Of a stretch of 64,000 nucleotides of DNA, positions 46,549 to 55,966 are shown one piece after another. The position numbers and the translations under genes are program-made. Where the stretch lies: contig JAVJQW010000041.1 of NCBI GenBank assembly GCA_040218735.1, forward strand, positions 224,001 to 288,000. The letters run 5' to 3'. The stretch is from Deltaproteobacteria bacterium. Lineage in GTDB: Bacteria; Myxococcota; Kuafuiibacteriia; Kuafuiibacteriales; Kuafuiibacteriaceae. The notes below the pieces were generated by a model. That model worked only from the letters and a program-made list of their open reading frames with translations, had not been told where the DNA came from and searched no databases. Every line of letters begins with the position of its first letter. The first letter of the stretch is position 1.

Positions 46549-47367
46549 ATGGGGAAGGGCGCATCGCCCGCCCGTTGGTCGCGCCCGCGTTTCATCAAGC
46601 GCGGGACGGGGACGTGGTACCGCAAGTACCAGTCGCTGAAGTTCCTCGTGACGCGCGACCGCGACGAGGTCGCGCGTTTCCTTCGTGCGTCCTACCCGTT
46701 CGACTTCCCGCTGCGCGAGCGGCTGCGATTCCTCGCGGACATCACGAAGACCACGAACGCCGTCCGCGGCTACCACACCCTCGAAGAGATCCTCCGCGTC
46801 TGCCACCACATCTTCCTGTGCGCGGGGCGCGACGATCTCACCGTCGTCGAGTGTGGAGCCGGATCGGGATCCAGCACGGCGAAGCTGAGCCTCGCCACCA
46901 AGATCGCGGGCGGTCGGCTCGTCGTGTTCGATTCGTTTCAAGGGATTCCGGAGAACGACGAACAACATCACCTCCTGGACGGACGTGAGCTCGTGTTCCG
47001 CCGCGGCGCGTTCAAGGGGCGCCTCACCGCGGTGAAGAAACGCGTCGCGGAGTTCGGCGCACCCGAGCTGTGCTCGTTCCACAAGGGGCTGTTCGCCGAG
47101 ACGCTGTCGGCGTTCGACGGGCACGTCGACGTCGCGCTGTTCGACGTGGATCTGATCAGCTCGACAGAGCAGTGCACGTCGCACTTCTATCCGCGGCTGC
47201 GCGAGGGTGGGGCCATCTTCTCGCAGGACGGGCACCTGCGCGCGACGGTCGACCTGTACGAGCGTAGAGATTACTGGGCGGGGCTGCCGAGCCCGCCGCC
47301 GAAGATCGACGGGCTCGGCACCGGGAAGATGTTACGTCTTACGAAGCCCGCTCAGGGCGCTTCGTAG
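46549..47367 (+). CDS. TylF/MycF/NovP-like SAM-dependent methyltransferase
   Basis: VECG...GSST, FDSFQG.P, KG.FAETL, DVDL..S. Confidence 0.85.
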   Translation: MGKGASPARWSRPRFIKRGTGTWYRKYQSLKFLVTRDRDEVARFLRASYPFDFPLRERLRFLADITKTTNAVRGYHTLEEILRVCHHIFLCAGRDDLTVVECGAGSGSSTAKLSLATKIAGGRLVVFDSFQGIPENDEQHHLLDGRELVFRRGAFKGRLTAVKKRVAEFGAPELCSFHKGLFAETLSAFDGHVDVALFDVDLISSTEQCTSHFYPRLREGGAIFSQDGHLRATVDLYERRDYWAGLPSPPPKIDGLGTGKMLRLTKPAQGAS

Positions 47368-48284
47368 GCGATCGCGAGATCCGCGATGATGTCGAACCCG
47401 ATCGCTCGACGCAGCAGATCTTCGTTCACGTGATCCTCCAACGGCATCGCCGGAGGCATCGTTCGCTCCTCGAACACGTAGACGAGTCGCTCGCGCAACC
47501 CGAGCGTCTGGTTCGGATAGTTCAGCAGACCCACGTGTCGAAGGTTCCCCGGATTGCTCGGCACGTGACACGACGTGCAGTCCGCGGAGCGCATCGCATA
47601 GACGAAACCGTCGGCGGTCTCTTCCAGCTCCGCTGCGTACGGGTTGTCGGACGAGAACAGGTAGCTGAACTGCGCCGCGTACGGCTGCGTGACGCCGTGG
47701 TCGTCGACCCAGGTCCAGTCCGTCACGAGCGGACCGGGGTCGCGCGACGCACGCTCCGGATCACGACCCGACATGTAGATCGCGACGATGCGTTCGTCGA
47801 TGAACGTGAACACGATCTCGGTCGTCTGCTGGTACGCGTCCCAGACGTTCGCGTCCCACCAGAACGGCTCCGGGTACGCGCCGAGCTCCATCGCGTTGCG
47901 GAACGTGACGGGCATGCGCAGGATGATCGTGGCGTCGTCGATCTGCTCGATCGTGCCTTCGTCCTGGAACTGGAACATCGACAGGTACGCGCGACGCGCG
48001 GTGAGCGAGCCGAGCTTCGTGAGCTCGTCGTTCGCCTGTGGATCGAACGAAGCGTCGGAGTCGATTCGACCCCAACGGATCAGCCCGTCCATGTAGTCGA
48101 ACAACACGGCAGAGCGCGCGATGCCATCGGCACACGCGTCCCGTGCGGACTCGTTGTTCAGCGAAGCATCGGGACACACGACGACGAGGTCGCGTGCGAT
48201 TCGCTCGGCGGGTTCGAACGTGAAGTCGTCACCGCAGGCGGTCATCAGGGAAGCAGAGATCATCAACAGAAGGGTTCGTTTCAT
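47352..48284 (-). CDS. Lipoprotein with C-terminal c-type heme motif
   Basis: MTAC lipobox; CTSCH and downstream MPP. Start moved to ATG 48284. Confidence 0.7.
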   Translation of the reverse strand: MKRTLLLMISASLMTACGDDFTFEPAERIARDLVVVCPDASLNNESARDACADGIARSAVLFDYMDGLIRWGRIDSDASFDPQANDELTKLGSLTARRAYLSMFQFQDEGTIEQIDDATIILRMPVTFRNAMELGAYPEPFWWDANVWDAYQQTTEIVFTFIDERIVAIYMSGRDPERASRDPGPLVTDWTWVDDHGVTQPYAAQFSYLFSSDNPYAAELEETADGFVYAMRSADCTSCHVPSNPGNLRHVGLLNYPNQTLGLRERLVYVFEERTMPPAMPLEDHVNEDLLRRAIGFDIIADLAIAYEAP

Positions 48285-48473
48285 CGAGGTCCATTGTCTG
48301 GTTCTCTCTGACATAACTGGTCAGAGTGACCGACGGGCTCCGAAGCCGCTCGGCACGCTCGGGTCGCGCGACCGCTTTCCTTGATTGATGTAGATGTGAC
48401 CGCGAACGCTTAACGGGGACAGTTAATGTTTCGACCTTGCGGCGATTAATGCGCTTGTCGTTGGATCGCCCCC

Positions 48474-50648
48474 ATGAGGAACGTCTGCGCGTCTCGCCTA
48501 GCTCCCCTGCTCGTTCTGGCTGCGTCGGTCCATGCCGCCGAAGCGGCTGCACAGACCACGTCGACCGTCGCCGTGCCGGCCACGATCGGCACCGTCGTCG
48601 TGCCGGTGACCGGCGGATGCACCAACACGAAGACCGGCGAGTTCTACACCTGGTCGACCGGACTGGGCGTCGTCGACTTCCGCGCGCAGGCCGGCGCCGT
48701 CTCGTACGAGGTTCGGTTCATGCAGAACGGGCGAGAGGTCGTACAGCGGCACGGCGCCCACGGTGACGAACCCGCGGGGGACAAGGTCGTTCACCGCTCC
48801 TCGTGCGGGGAGGGCGAGATCGATCCACCCCTCGGGACACACTGGCATCCACTGGGCGGCATCACGGTCTGGAATGGTGACGGCGGGCCTGCCGAAACGT
48901 GGGTCAACGAGAACTACTCGGCGCCGGTCGTCATCGCGACCATCGAAGAGGACGAGACGGGGGAGGTCGCTCTTAGCGCGGGCGCGACGACGGTCGTGAT
49001 TCCAGACCATCGCCTCGACCGCGCGACGCTCGAGGCCGAGATGATCACTGCGTACGGCGACACGTCAACCGTCTTGGACGTCGAGGTCACCACGGACGAC
49101 GGCGACCCGCTCGGCAACGCGCTCGTGCGGGTCGAGGTGGCGAACGCAGACGGCCGAGCCGGCCACGTCGGAGTCGCGCGTTCCGCCGACGGTTCGTTTT
49201 TGTCTTCGGTCGATCTGAGAACCAACGCGGCGGGCGTGGCGCGGGCCTGGCTCAGGACCTCGGACCTCTTTCGTGGGGAGGATCTCTCCGCGATTACGGT
49301 GCGCGCCCTACACGGGATGAGCGAGTCATCCGTGGAGCTCGAGGTCATCGACAACCTCGAGGAGCTGACGGAGCGTTTCGAAGGTGCGGCGCCGTTCATT
49401 CCCTACGGCGCGATGAACGAGGTGCGCAGCGGTCTGCGCGGTGACATCGGTACCGTGGACATCGCGTTGTGGATTATCGACTCGTACGCTGGCAACCCGC
49501 TCACGGGTGAGAGTTGGCGGGTCGGTCCCAACGCTCCCAACGAAGCCGACGTGGGGACCAACGTGTTCTGCCAGGAGTACCAGCACATCACCCTCGTGTG
49601 GTTGAACGCGCTTCGCCACGATCGCAGTCGCGCCTGGATTCTCAACGGGCTCGACTACGGACCCGTGCAGTGGACGGGCGGCGACCATCACTATGTCGTG
49701 GTCTACGCGGCATCCGCGGGGTTCGACCCGAATCACGAGGACGAAGACATCCTACGCATCTTCGATCCCTGGCCGTCGCAGCAGCCGGCGACCTACACCT
49801 ACGAAGAGTACGACGGGAGCCGGCTCGTCCCGTACAAAGCGGACATCGATCCGCGTCCACACCCCTACGCGGGAGCTTGCGTCCGGGCGTGTACCTCCGG
49901 TGGCGAGACGACATACCTACCGCCCTACTACCCGTCGGCCGGCGGCCCCTACCCGTACTATCCGGAGAACGAGGATCTTCCGCTCTACGAGCTCGGCCCC
50001 GGGGGTATCGGTATCAATCTCGTCCGGTTCGACGGGTGCCAGAACGACTACCTCGACGCGTGCCAGCGCGAGCTGGGGGCGCCGTACGAGCTCATCGATT
50101 GGCCGGTGTCCCCCACGGATCCCTCCGGCGGACTCTACATCGGGTCGCCTGTGGTCTTTCACCTCGCGTATCCGTCCGGCGGCACGTACGGAATCGAGCC
50201 GGACGGCGCGCTCGTGAGCAGCTACGGACGGACCCGCACCACCGGGTTCATGTCGGTGCCCGAGGCGAACGACGAGCGCGGGTGGTACGTCGACTTGCCC
50301 GAGGCCGGCCCCTTCAGGCTGACGCTGACGGCGACCGGTGCAGGAACCATGTCGGTCGTCGTGCTGGACGAAGCGCAGCGTCCGTGGGGCGCGTTCGTCG
50401 ATGTGCCCATCGAGGTGGGCGAGGTGTTCGAGGTCGAAGTCGACCCGACGGGCGTCTGCGCGCCGCTGATCTCCGCCGGACGAACGATCGAATGCTACGA
50501 ACCGAGACCCGGCCGCGACGATGGCGCGGAGCAGGCCGGGTGCGGCTGCCGGACCCATCGTTCGCGCTCGTCGATCGCCGAGGCCTTCTTAATCGTCGGC
50601 GCAGCGCTCGTGCTGCGTCGTCGGCGCGCCCAGAACGGCCGTCAGTAG
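48474..50648 (+). CDS. Secreted MYXO-CTERM protein of unknown function
   Basis: Signal peptide; Ig-like segment; GCGC-TM-RRRR tail. Confidence 0.8.
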   Translation: MRNVCASRLAPLLVLAASVHAAEAAAQTTSTVAVPATIGTVVVPVTGGCTNTKTGEFYTWSTGLGVVDFRAQAGAVSYEVRFMQNGREVVQRHGAHGDEPAGDKVVHRSSCGEGEIDPPLGTHWHPLGGITVWNGDGGPAETWVNENYSAPVVIATIEEDETGEVALSAGATTVVIPDHRLDRATLEAEMITAYGDTSTVLDVEVTTDDGDPLGNALVRVEVANADGRAGHVGVARSADGSFLSSVDLRTNAAGVARAWLRTSDLFRGEDLSAITVRALHGMSESSVELEVIDNLEELTERFEGAAPFIPYGAMNEVRSGLRGDIGTVDIALWIIDSYAGNPLTGESWRVGPNAPNEADVGTNVFCQEYQHITLVWLNALRHDRSRAWILNGLDYGPVQWTGGDHHYVVVYAASAGFDPNHEDEDILRIFDPWPSQQPATYTYEEYDGSRLVPYKADIDPRPHPYAGACVRACTSGGETTYLPPYYPSAGGPYPYYPENEDLPLYELGPGGIGINLVRFDGCQNDYLDACQRELGAPYELIDWPVSPTDPSGGLYIGSPVVFHLAYPSGGTYGIEPDGALVSSYGRTRTTGFMSVPEANDERGWYVDLPEAGPFRLTLTATGAGTMSVVVLDEAQRPWGAFVDVPIEVGEVFEVEVDPTGVCAPLISAGRTIECYEPRPGRDDGAEQAGCGCRTHRSRSSIAEAFLIVGAALVLRRRRAQNGRQ

Positions 50649-51424
50649 AGGAACGCGTCGTCGCCGTTCGTCACGGTGACGTACACGATCGTGTCGCTCT
50701 TGGTGTTCGCGTCGATCGCAGCGTACGCGGTCTCGAGCGACTCCGCGTGCTGCGGGCTGTACGCGATCACCGAGAGGATCTGCTTCGACCACGCGAACGC
50801 GGGCTTCACGTTCGCGGAGCTCAAGAGGATGTCCGCGAGTTTGTCTTCGAGGAGCGCCTGCGCGTCCGCGACGGGGTAGGGGTCGTCGAAGGGGAACTTC
50901 ACGGCGCGGGTGACGCTGACGCCGATGCGCTCGCCGTCGATCGTCACGACGAGGTCGGTGATCTTGCCCATCATGTCGACGTACTCGACCTCGGTCTCCG
51001 TCCACTCCAACGCCGCGCCCTCGCAGCGCTCGAGCACCTCGTAGGCGAACACCTCCGAGAGCAACGAGCTCCCGCCCGCGTTCCCGTCGCGGATGATCTC
51101 CTGGCCGCCGTCCGTAAGGCGCCCGAAGTCGCCGTCGTCGTAGCCGTCCATCATGAAGTCGATCGCGTTGTCGAGCTTGGAGGACGTCGCGGCGGTCAGC
51201 TCGTCGTCGAGCTCGCCGCACGCTCCGGAGATGACGCCGAAGCCCTCCGGCTCCGTACCGGCGTCGCGCTCGCCACCGTCGCGCGCACCGGCGTCGACGG
51301 AACCGGCGTCCAGGGGACCGCCGTCCACCACCGCGCCGCCGTCGCGGTCCGCGGGGGCGGTGTCCTCACCCGCGCACCCCGCGAGCAGGAGCAGGAGCGG
51401 GAGAGCTAAGCGACGAGCGCCCAT
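50642..51424 (-). CDS. Lipoprotein resembling the AAC4-like family
   Basis: LAGC lipobox; DAG linker; NAGGSS..SE...E.L, TE.E..Y, KITD, GVSVTRA. Start moved to ATG 51424. Confidence 0.65.
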   Translation of the reverse strand: MGARRLALPLLLLLAGCAGEDTAPADRDGGAVVDGGPLDAGSVDAGARDGGERDAGTEPEGFGVISGACGELDDELTAATSSKLDNAIDFMMDGYDDGDFGRLTDGGQEIIRDGNAGGSSLLSEVFAYEVLERCEGAALEWTETEVEYVDMMGKITDLVVTIDGERIGVSVTRAVKFPFDDPYPVADAQALLEDKLADILLSSANVKPAFAWSKQILSVIAYSPQHAESLETAYAAIDANTKSDTIVYVTVTNGDDAFLY

Positions 51425-52377
51425 GATCCCGCGAAGTGTACGGCGGTCGCGACCGCGAGCGGTACCGAGAAGTTGTCGTCGACGCGCACCGTGAACAGCT
51501 CCGCGATCGCCCCCGCGATCGCCGCGGCGCCCGCGAGCGCGAACACCGAGGACAGCGGGAGCGCCGTCGTGAACACGAGGTACACGGACGCCACGATCAA
51601 CGCTGCGCCAAAGAACGCCGACGTCCCGACGAGGCTCTTGCCGCGGAACAGCTTGGTGCGTCCGTAAGCACGTCCGAGGTTCGACGCGATCGGATCTGCG
51701 AACCCGAGCACCACGCAGGCCACCTCGACCGGCAACTTCGCGTACAAGCCGATGCTCAGCAGCAACCCGAACGCGTACCAGGTCGACGAGTTGATGCCGT
51801 GGTACTCGTGCGGCCGCGCGATGCGCCGCAGGAGCGGGATGCCCATCAGGAAGTCGTTCGCCGAAGCAAATCGGTGGCGCACGATCTCCAACCCCGCACC
51901 TCCGCCCGCGACGCAGACCATGACCCACACGGCCTGCTCGGCGGTGAGGAGGAAGTGGAGGATCAACGCCGCGCCGAGGCCGCCGGCGACGTGGAAGACG
52001 TTGCGCGCGTAGTTCTTCGGCGTGAGGCGTCGGACGGGGAGGTCGAGGCGCTCCGGGAGGGTCTCCACGGCGCGCGCGATCTGGTCGTAGTTCTTGGCGA
52101 GCGCCCCGTACAGCCGCCGCCCTTGCTCCGCCCCGGCCGAGGACGCGAGCGCCGTGGCCAGCTCCTCCAGCGTGACACTCGCCGACGCCAGCGCCTCCTC
52201 CAGCCGCTCGTGCGCGGCCTCCTTCGTGAGGCGCCCGCGGAGCGTTTCCAGCTCGGCGGCGAGGGCGCGACAGCGGGCTTCCGCCTGCTCCCTCAGCGTA
52301 TCCCAACGGGCTTCGGCCGGGTCGAGGAGGAGCACGATCTGGGAGAGCTCGTGCATCGAGGGCGCGATCGCCTGCAT
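51406..52377 (-). CDS. CTP-dependent diacylglycerol/polyprenol (phytol/dolichol) kinase family membrane protein
   Basis: RNVFH, AD..AS..G...G, KS..G, E....DDN..VP; N-terminal helical extension. Confidence 0.85.
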   Translation of the reverse strand: MQAIAPSMHELSQIVLLLDPAEARWDTLREQAEARCRALAAELETLRGRLTKEAAHERLEEALASASVTLEELATALASSAGAEQGRRLYGALAKNYDQIARAVETLPERLDLPVRRLTPKNYARNVFHVAGGLGAALILHFLLTAEQAVWVMVCVAGGGAGLEIVRHRFASANDFLMGIPLLRRIARPHEYHGINSSTWYAFGLLLSIGLYAKLPVEVACVVLGFADPIASNLGRAYGRTKLFRGKSLVGTSAFFGAALIVASVYLVFTTALPLSSVFALAGAAAIAGAIAELFTVRVDDNFSVPLAVATAVHFAGSWALVA

Positions 52378-52462
52378 GGCGACGTCACGGTCTGGCACGG
52401 GGAACCGCGCGTCAAGCGCGAGCGTTCCCAGGTGCTGCGAACGCGCGTATGTTGAGACGGTG

Positions 52463-54013
52463 ATGCGTTGGTCGAATGCGGCGTTGGTCGTGCTTTGCGT
52501 CGGTTGTGCCTCCGAGCCGGAGGACCTCCTCGATGCGCCGCCGCCGCCGCCGCCCGCGGTCTGCACGCTCCCCGAGCTGGGACGCCTCGAACTGGGCCAC
52601 AGCGAAGACCTCGAGGTCGCGGCGGATCGCGTGGGGCGCAACGGCGAGCTTCGTGGCGTCGACTTCTCGCTCGAAGGTGTCTTCGCCGAGCACGACACGA
52701 TGCTCCCGAACCCGTGCTGCGACGGACCGCTGTGTCTTCACGCCGAGCTCGGCATCGTCCCGGACGTCGACACCGCGGAGCCCGTGCGCGTCGTGCGCGT
52801 GGGTGTGAACCTCGCGGACCCGGAGGAGGAGATCGTCGAGGTACGGCGCAACCTCTTCGTCGCGGTCGACCTCTCCGCATCGCTCCGCACACCGGAGTCG
52901 ACCGACCTGATCCGTCGAGTGCTCGGCGGCCTGATCGACGGCCTGCACCCCGAAGATCGGCTCTCGCTGATCACGTTCCGCAACCAACCGCGCATCGAGG
53001 TCGACCTCGCCGAGGTCGGCGACGACCGGGCCGCGCTGCACACCGCGGTGTCCGAGCTCGAGTTCGGCGGCGCGACGAACCTGTGGGGAGGGCTCGAAGG
53101 GGCGCTGTTCCTCGCGGTCACCAACTTCGACGCGGAGCGAGAGAACCGCGTCCTGCTGATCACCGACGGCCGCCCGACGTGGGGCGTGAGCAACGCGGAA
53201 GAGGTGGTGCGCGAGACGTACGGCTTCGTGCGCCAGGGCGTGCTGTTGTCGATCGTCGGCGTCGGTGACGCGCAGGTCGACACCCTCACACGGCGCGTCG
53301 GCGGCGCGGCCGATGGCTTGTTCCACTCCATCCTCGACGCGGAAGACGCCGACACCTTCGTCGCGGCGCAGCTCGCGAGCACGTGGCGCGCGATCGCGAA
53401 GGACCTCGCGCTGGAGATCACCCGGACGGGTGCGTTCGAGGTGGACGTCGGGGGCGTCGACGCGAGCCGGTGGGACGGCGCTCGAATGCGCTTGGAGCGC
53501 CCGGTGCTGCTCCAAGGCCCGGACGGTGCGCTGCGCACGCCGGGCCACGGCGACGGCGGCGGCAGCATGGTCACGCTGCGCCTCGACGGCGGCCTCGCGG
53601 CGGGGGAGCGCCTGTTCGCGACGCGCCTGGTGTTCGAGCGCGGCGAAGAAGAATTCGAGCAACGCATCGAGGTCGCGGTGGACTTCGACACCGCGGCGCC
53701 GCCCATGGATGCGTACTTCGACAGCCCCGAGATGGAGTACGCCACGCTCGTCGACGACATCGGGCGACGCATGGTGCAAGCTGGCTTGCACTTCGATCGC
53801 CACGAACACAGCCTCGCGCTCGACGCCCTCTACGCGGCGCGCGCGCGCATCGACGGGTGGAACGCGGTGCACGGTCCTCGCGCGGATCTCGACGCGACGC
53901 TCCAGGTGCTGGAGCGAGCGATCGGCGAGTACGAGTCCGACGAGGTCGAGCCCACGAAGCCGGCGCCGGGGCCGGCGTGGCCGTCCGACGGCGTCATGCC
54001 CGGGATGCAGTAG
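52463..54013 (+). CDS. vWA-domain lipoprotein
   Basis: VGC lipobox; NL.VAVDLSAS, GGATN, NRVLLITDG. Start moved to ATG 52463. Confidence 0.85.
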   Translation: MRWSNAALVVLCVGCASEPEDLLDAPPPPPPAVCTLPELGRLELGHSEDLEVAADRVGRNGELRGVDFSLEGVFAEHDTMLPNPCCDGPLCLHAELGIVPDVDTAEPVRVVRVGVNLADPEEEIVEVRRNLFVAVDLSASLRTPESTDLIRRVLGGLIDGLHPEDRLSLITFRNQPRIEVDLAEVGDDRAALHTAVSELEFGGATNLWGGLEGALFLAVTNFDAERENRVLLITDGRPTWGVSNAEEVVRETYGFVRQGVLLSIVGVGDAQVDTLTRRVGGAADGLFHSILDAEDADTFVAAQLASTWRAIAKDLALEITRTGAFEVDVGGVDASRWDGARMRLERPVLLQGPDGALRTPGHGDGGGSMVTLRLDGGLAAGERLFATRLVFERGEEEFEQRIEVAVDFDTAAPPMDAYFDSPEMEYATLVDDIGRRMVQAGLHFDRHEHSLALDALYAARARIDGWNAVHGPRADLDATLQVLERAIGEYESDEVEPTKPAPGPAWPSDGVMPGMQ

Positions 54014-55432
54014 TCAGCCCGCGAGCCGGAGCGAGCGCTTCGCGCTGCGCGGCATGCGGTTGTGCGCGTCCAGCGCGGCGACCTTGTAGGCCTCGGCGAG
54101 CGTCGGGTAGTTGAAGACGTTCTCCAGGAAGTAGTCGAGCGTCCCGTCGAGGTTCAGGACCGCCTGGCCGATGTGGATGAGCTCCGTCGCGCCTTCGCCG
54201 AGGATGTGCACGCCGAGGACGCGGCGATCCTCGAGCGCGACGATCAGCTTCAGGAGGCCCGAGTCGAGCCCGAGGATCTGGCCGCGCGCGATCTCGCGGA
54301 GGCGCGCGACGCCGACCTCGTAGCCGACGCCCTCTTCGCGGAGCTGCTGCTCCGTCTTGCCGACCATGCTGATCTCGGGGACCGCGTAGATGCCGAATGG
54401 GAACTGCGAGCTCGTCGAGCAGGAGTCCGCGCCGAACGCGTGGCACGCGGCGAGGCGGCCTTGCTCCATCGACGTGGACGCGAGGCTCGGGAAGCCGATC
54501 ACGTCGCCCGCCGCGTAGATGTGCGGGACCTCGGTGCGGAAGGCGCCGTCCACGGCGAGGCGCCCGCGGTCGTCGGCGTTGAGGCCGGCCGCGTGCAGGT
54601 CGAGCCCGCCGGTGTTGCCCACGCGGCCCGCGGTGACGAGGGCGACGTCGGTGTGGACTTCGCGGCCGCTCGCGAGACGGGTGATGACGCGGCCGCCGCT
54701 CTTCTCGAGCGTGGCGACCTCTTCGCCGAGCCGGAGCGTGACGCCGCGGTCGCGGAAGAGGGCGATGAAGGTGTCGACGATCTCTTGGTCGACGAAGTCG
54801 AGCATCGACGCGCGGCTGTCGACGAGGGTCACGCGCACGTCGAGCGCCGCGAAGATCGACGCGTACTCCACGCCGATCACGCCGGCGCCGACGATCACCA
54901 TGCTGCGCGGGAGCTCTTCGAGGCGGAGGACGTCGTCGCTGTCCATCACGACGCGGCCGTCGAATTGGAAGCAGTCCGGGTGTCGGGGGCGGGTGCCGGT
55001 GGCGACGAGGATCTTGTCGCCCTCCACCGTGGAGCTGCCGGTCTCGTCCTCGATCACCATGCGGTGCGGGCCGACGAAGCGCGCGAGGCCGCCGAGGACC
55101 TCCACGCCGTTGCGCGCGAGCTGGTCACGGACGATCTCCACCTCGTGCTCGACGGTGATCGCGAGGCGCTCGGTGAGGTCCTTCGCTTCGATGTCCTGCT
55201 TGAGCCGGTGCCCGCGCCCGTAGAAGGTGCGCTGCTTGAAACCGGAGAGGTAGAGCACGGCCTCGCGGAGGGTCTTGCTCGGGATGGTCCCGGTGTGCGT
55301 CGAGACGCCGCCGAGGCTCATCTTCCGTTCGACGAGCGCGACGCGGTGGCCCAGCTTGGCGGCTTGGATCGCCGCCTTCTGGCCCGCGGGGCCGCTCCCG
55401 ACGACGACGAAGTCGTATTTCGATCGCACCAT
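54014..55432 (-). CDS. sthA: Soluble pyridine nucleotide transhydrogenase
   Basis: GSGPAGQKAA, HTGTIPSKTLRE, GAGVIG.EY, GFPSLASTSMEQGR, FNYPTLAEAYKVAA. Confidence 0.93.
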   Translation of the reverse strand: MVRSKYDFVVVGSGPAGQKAAIQAAKLGHRVALVERKMSLGGVSTHTGTIPSKTLREAVLYLSGFKQRTFYGRGHRLKQDIEAKDLTERLAITVEHEVEIVRDQLARNGVEVLGGLARFVGPHRMVIEDETGSSTVEGDKILVATGTRPRHPDCFQFDGRVVMDSDDVLRLEELPRSMVIVGAGVIGVEYASIFAALDVRVTLVDSRASMLDFVDQEIVDTFIALFRDRGVTLRLGEEVATLEKSGGRVITRLASGREVHTDVALVTAGRVGNTGGLDLHAAGLNADDRGRLAVDGAFRTEVPHIYAAGDVIGFPSLASTSMEQGRLAACHAFGADSCSTSSQFPFGIYAVPEISMVGKTEQQLREEGVGYEVGVARLREIARGQILGLDSGLLKLIVALEDRRVLGVHILGEGATELIHIGQAVLNLDGTLDYFLENVFNYPTLAEAYKVAALDAHNRMPRSAKRSLRLAG

Positions 55433-55494
55433 GGCAGGGGATCGAATCGACCGTCGGGCCCCTACGCAGTAACCCGGTGCCTCGTTTCGAAACG

Positions 55495-55947
55495 TCAGTC
55501 CTGAAAAGCGGTCGACACCGCGATGTGCCAGCCGTCGTCGCCGCGGATGAACACACGCTCCGAGAGGCCCTCGGTCGTCACGCCCTTGATGGTCACGGCG
55601 TAGCGGTAAGCGCCGTACACGACGCCGGGTGCGACGGCGTGCACGACGAGGTCCTTCGCGACGAGGGACTCCGGCCACTCGGACGCGACGGACGAGGTCT
55701 GTGCGGCGAACGCTTCGAAGCCGAGCTTCGTGCCTTCGGCGCCGGCGCGGATCAGGCCATCGTCCTGGCGGTAACACGCGAGGTACGCGTCGCGGTCCTT
55801 GTCCTGGATCGCCTGAATGTTTCGCTCGAAGAGCGCCTTCGCGGCGGCGAGATCCTCCTCGACCGTCGGGGCCGCGGGGGCCGGCGGCGGCGCGGGCGGG
55901 GTGGAGGCGCAGGCGCAGAGCATCAGGAGCGCGAAGTACCGTTTCAC
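55495..55947 (-). CDS. NTF2/SnoaL-like lipoprotein
   Basis: Lipobox CAC; AIQ.KD.DAYL..Y; VF....GW.I. Confidence 0.8.
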   Translation of the reverse strand: MKRYFALLMLCACASTPPAPPPAPAAPTVEEDLAAAKALFERNIQAIQDKDRDAYLACYRQDDGLIRAGAEGTKLGFEAFAAQTSSVASEWPESLVAKDLVVHAVAPGVVYGAYRYAVTIKGVTTEGLSERVFIRGDDGWHIAVSTAFQD

Positions 55948-55966
55948 GCCGCCCCCTCTAACCGAC

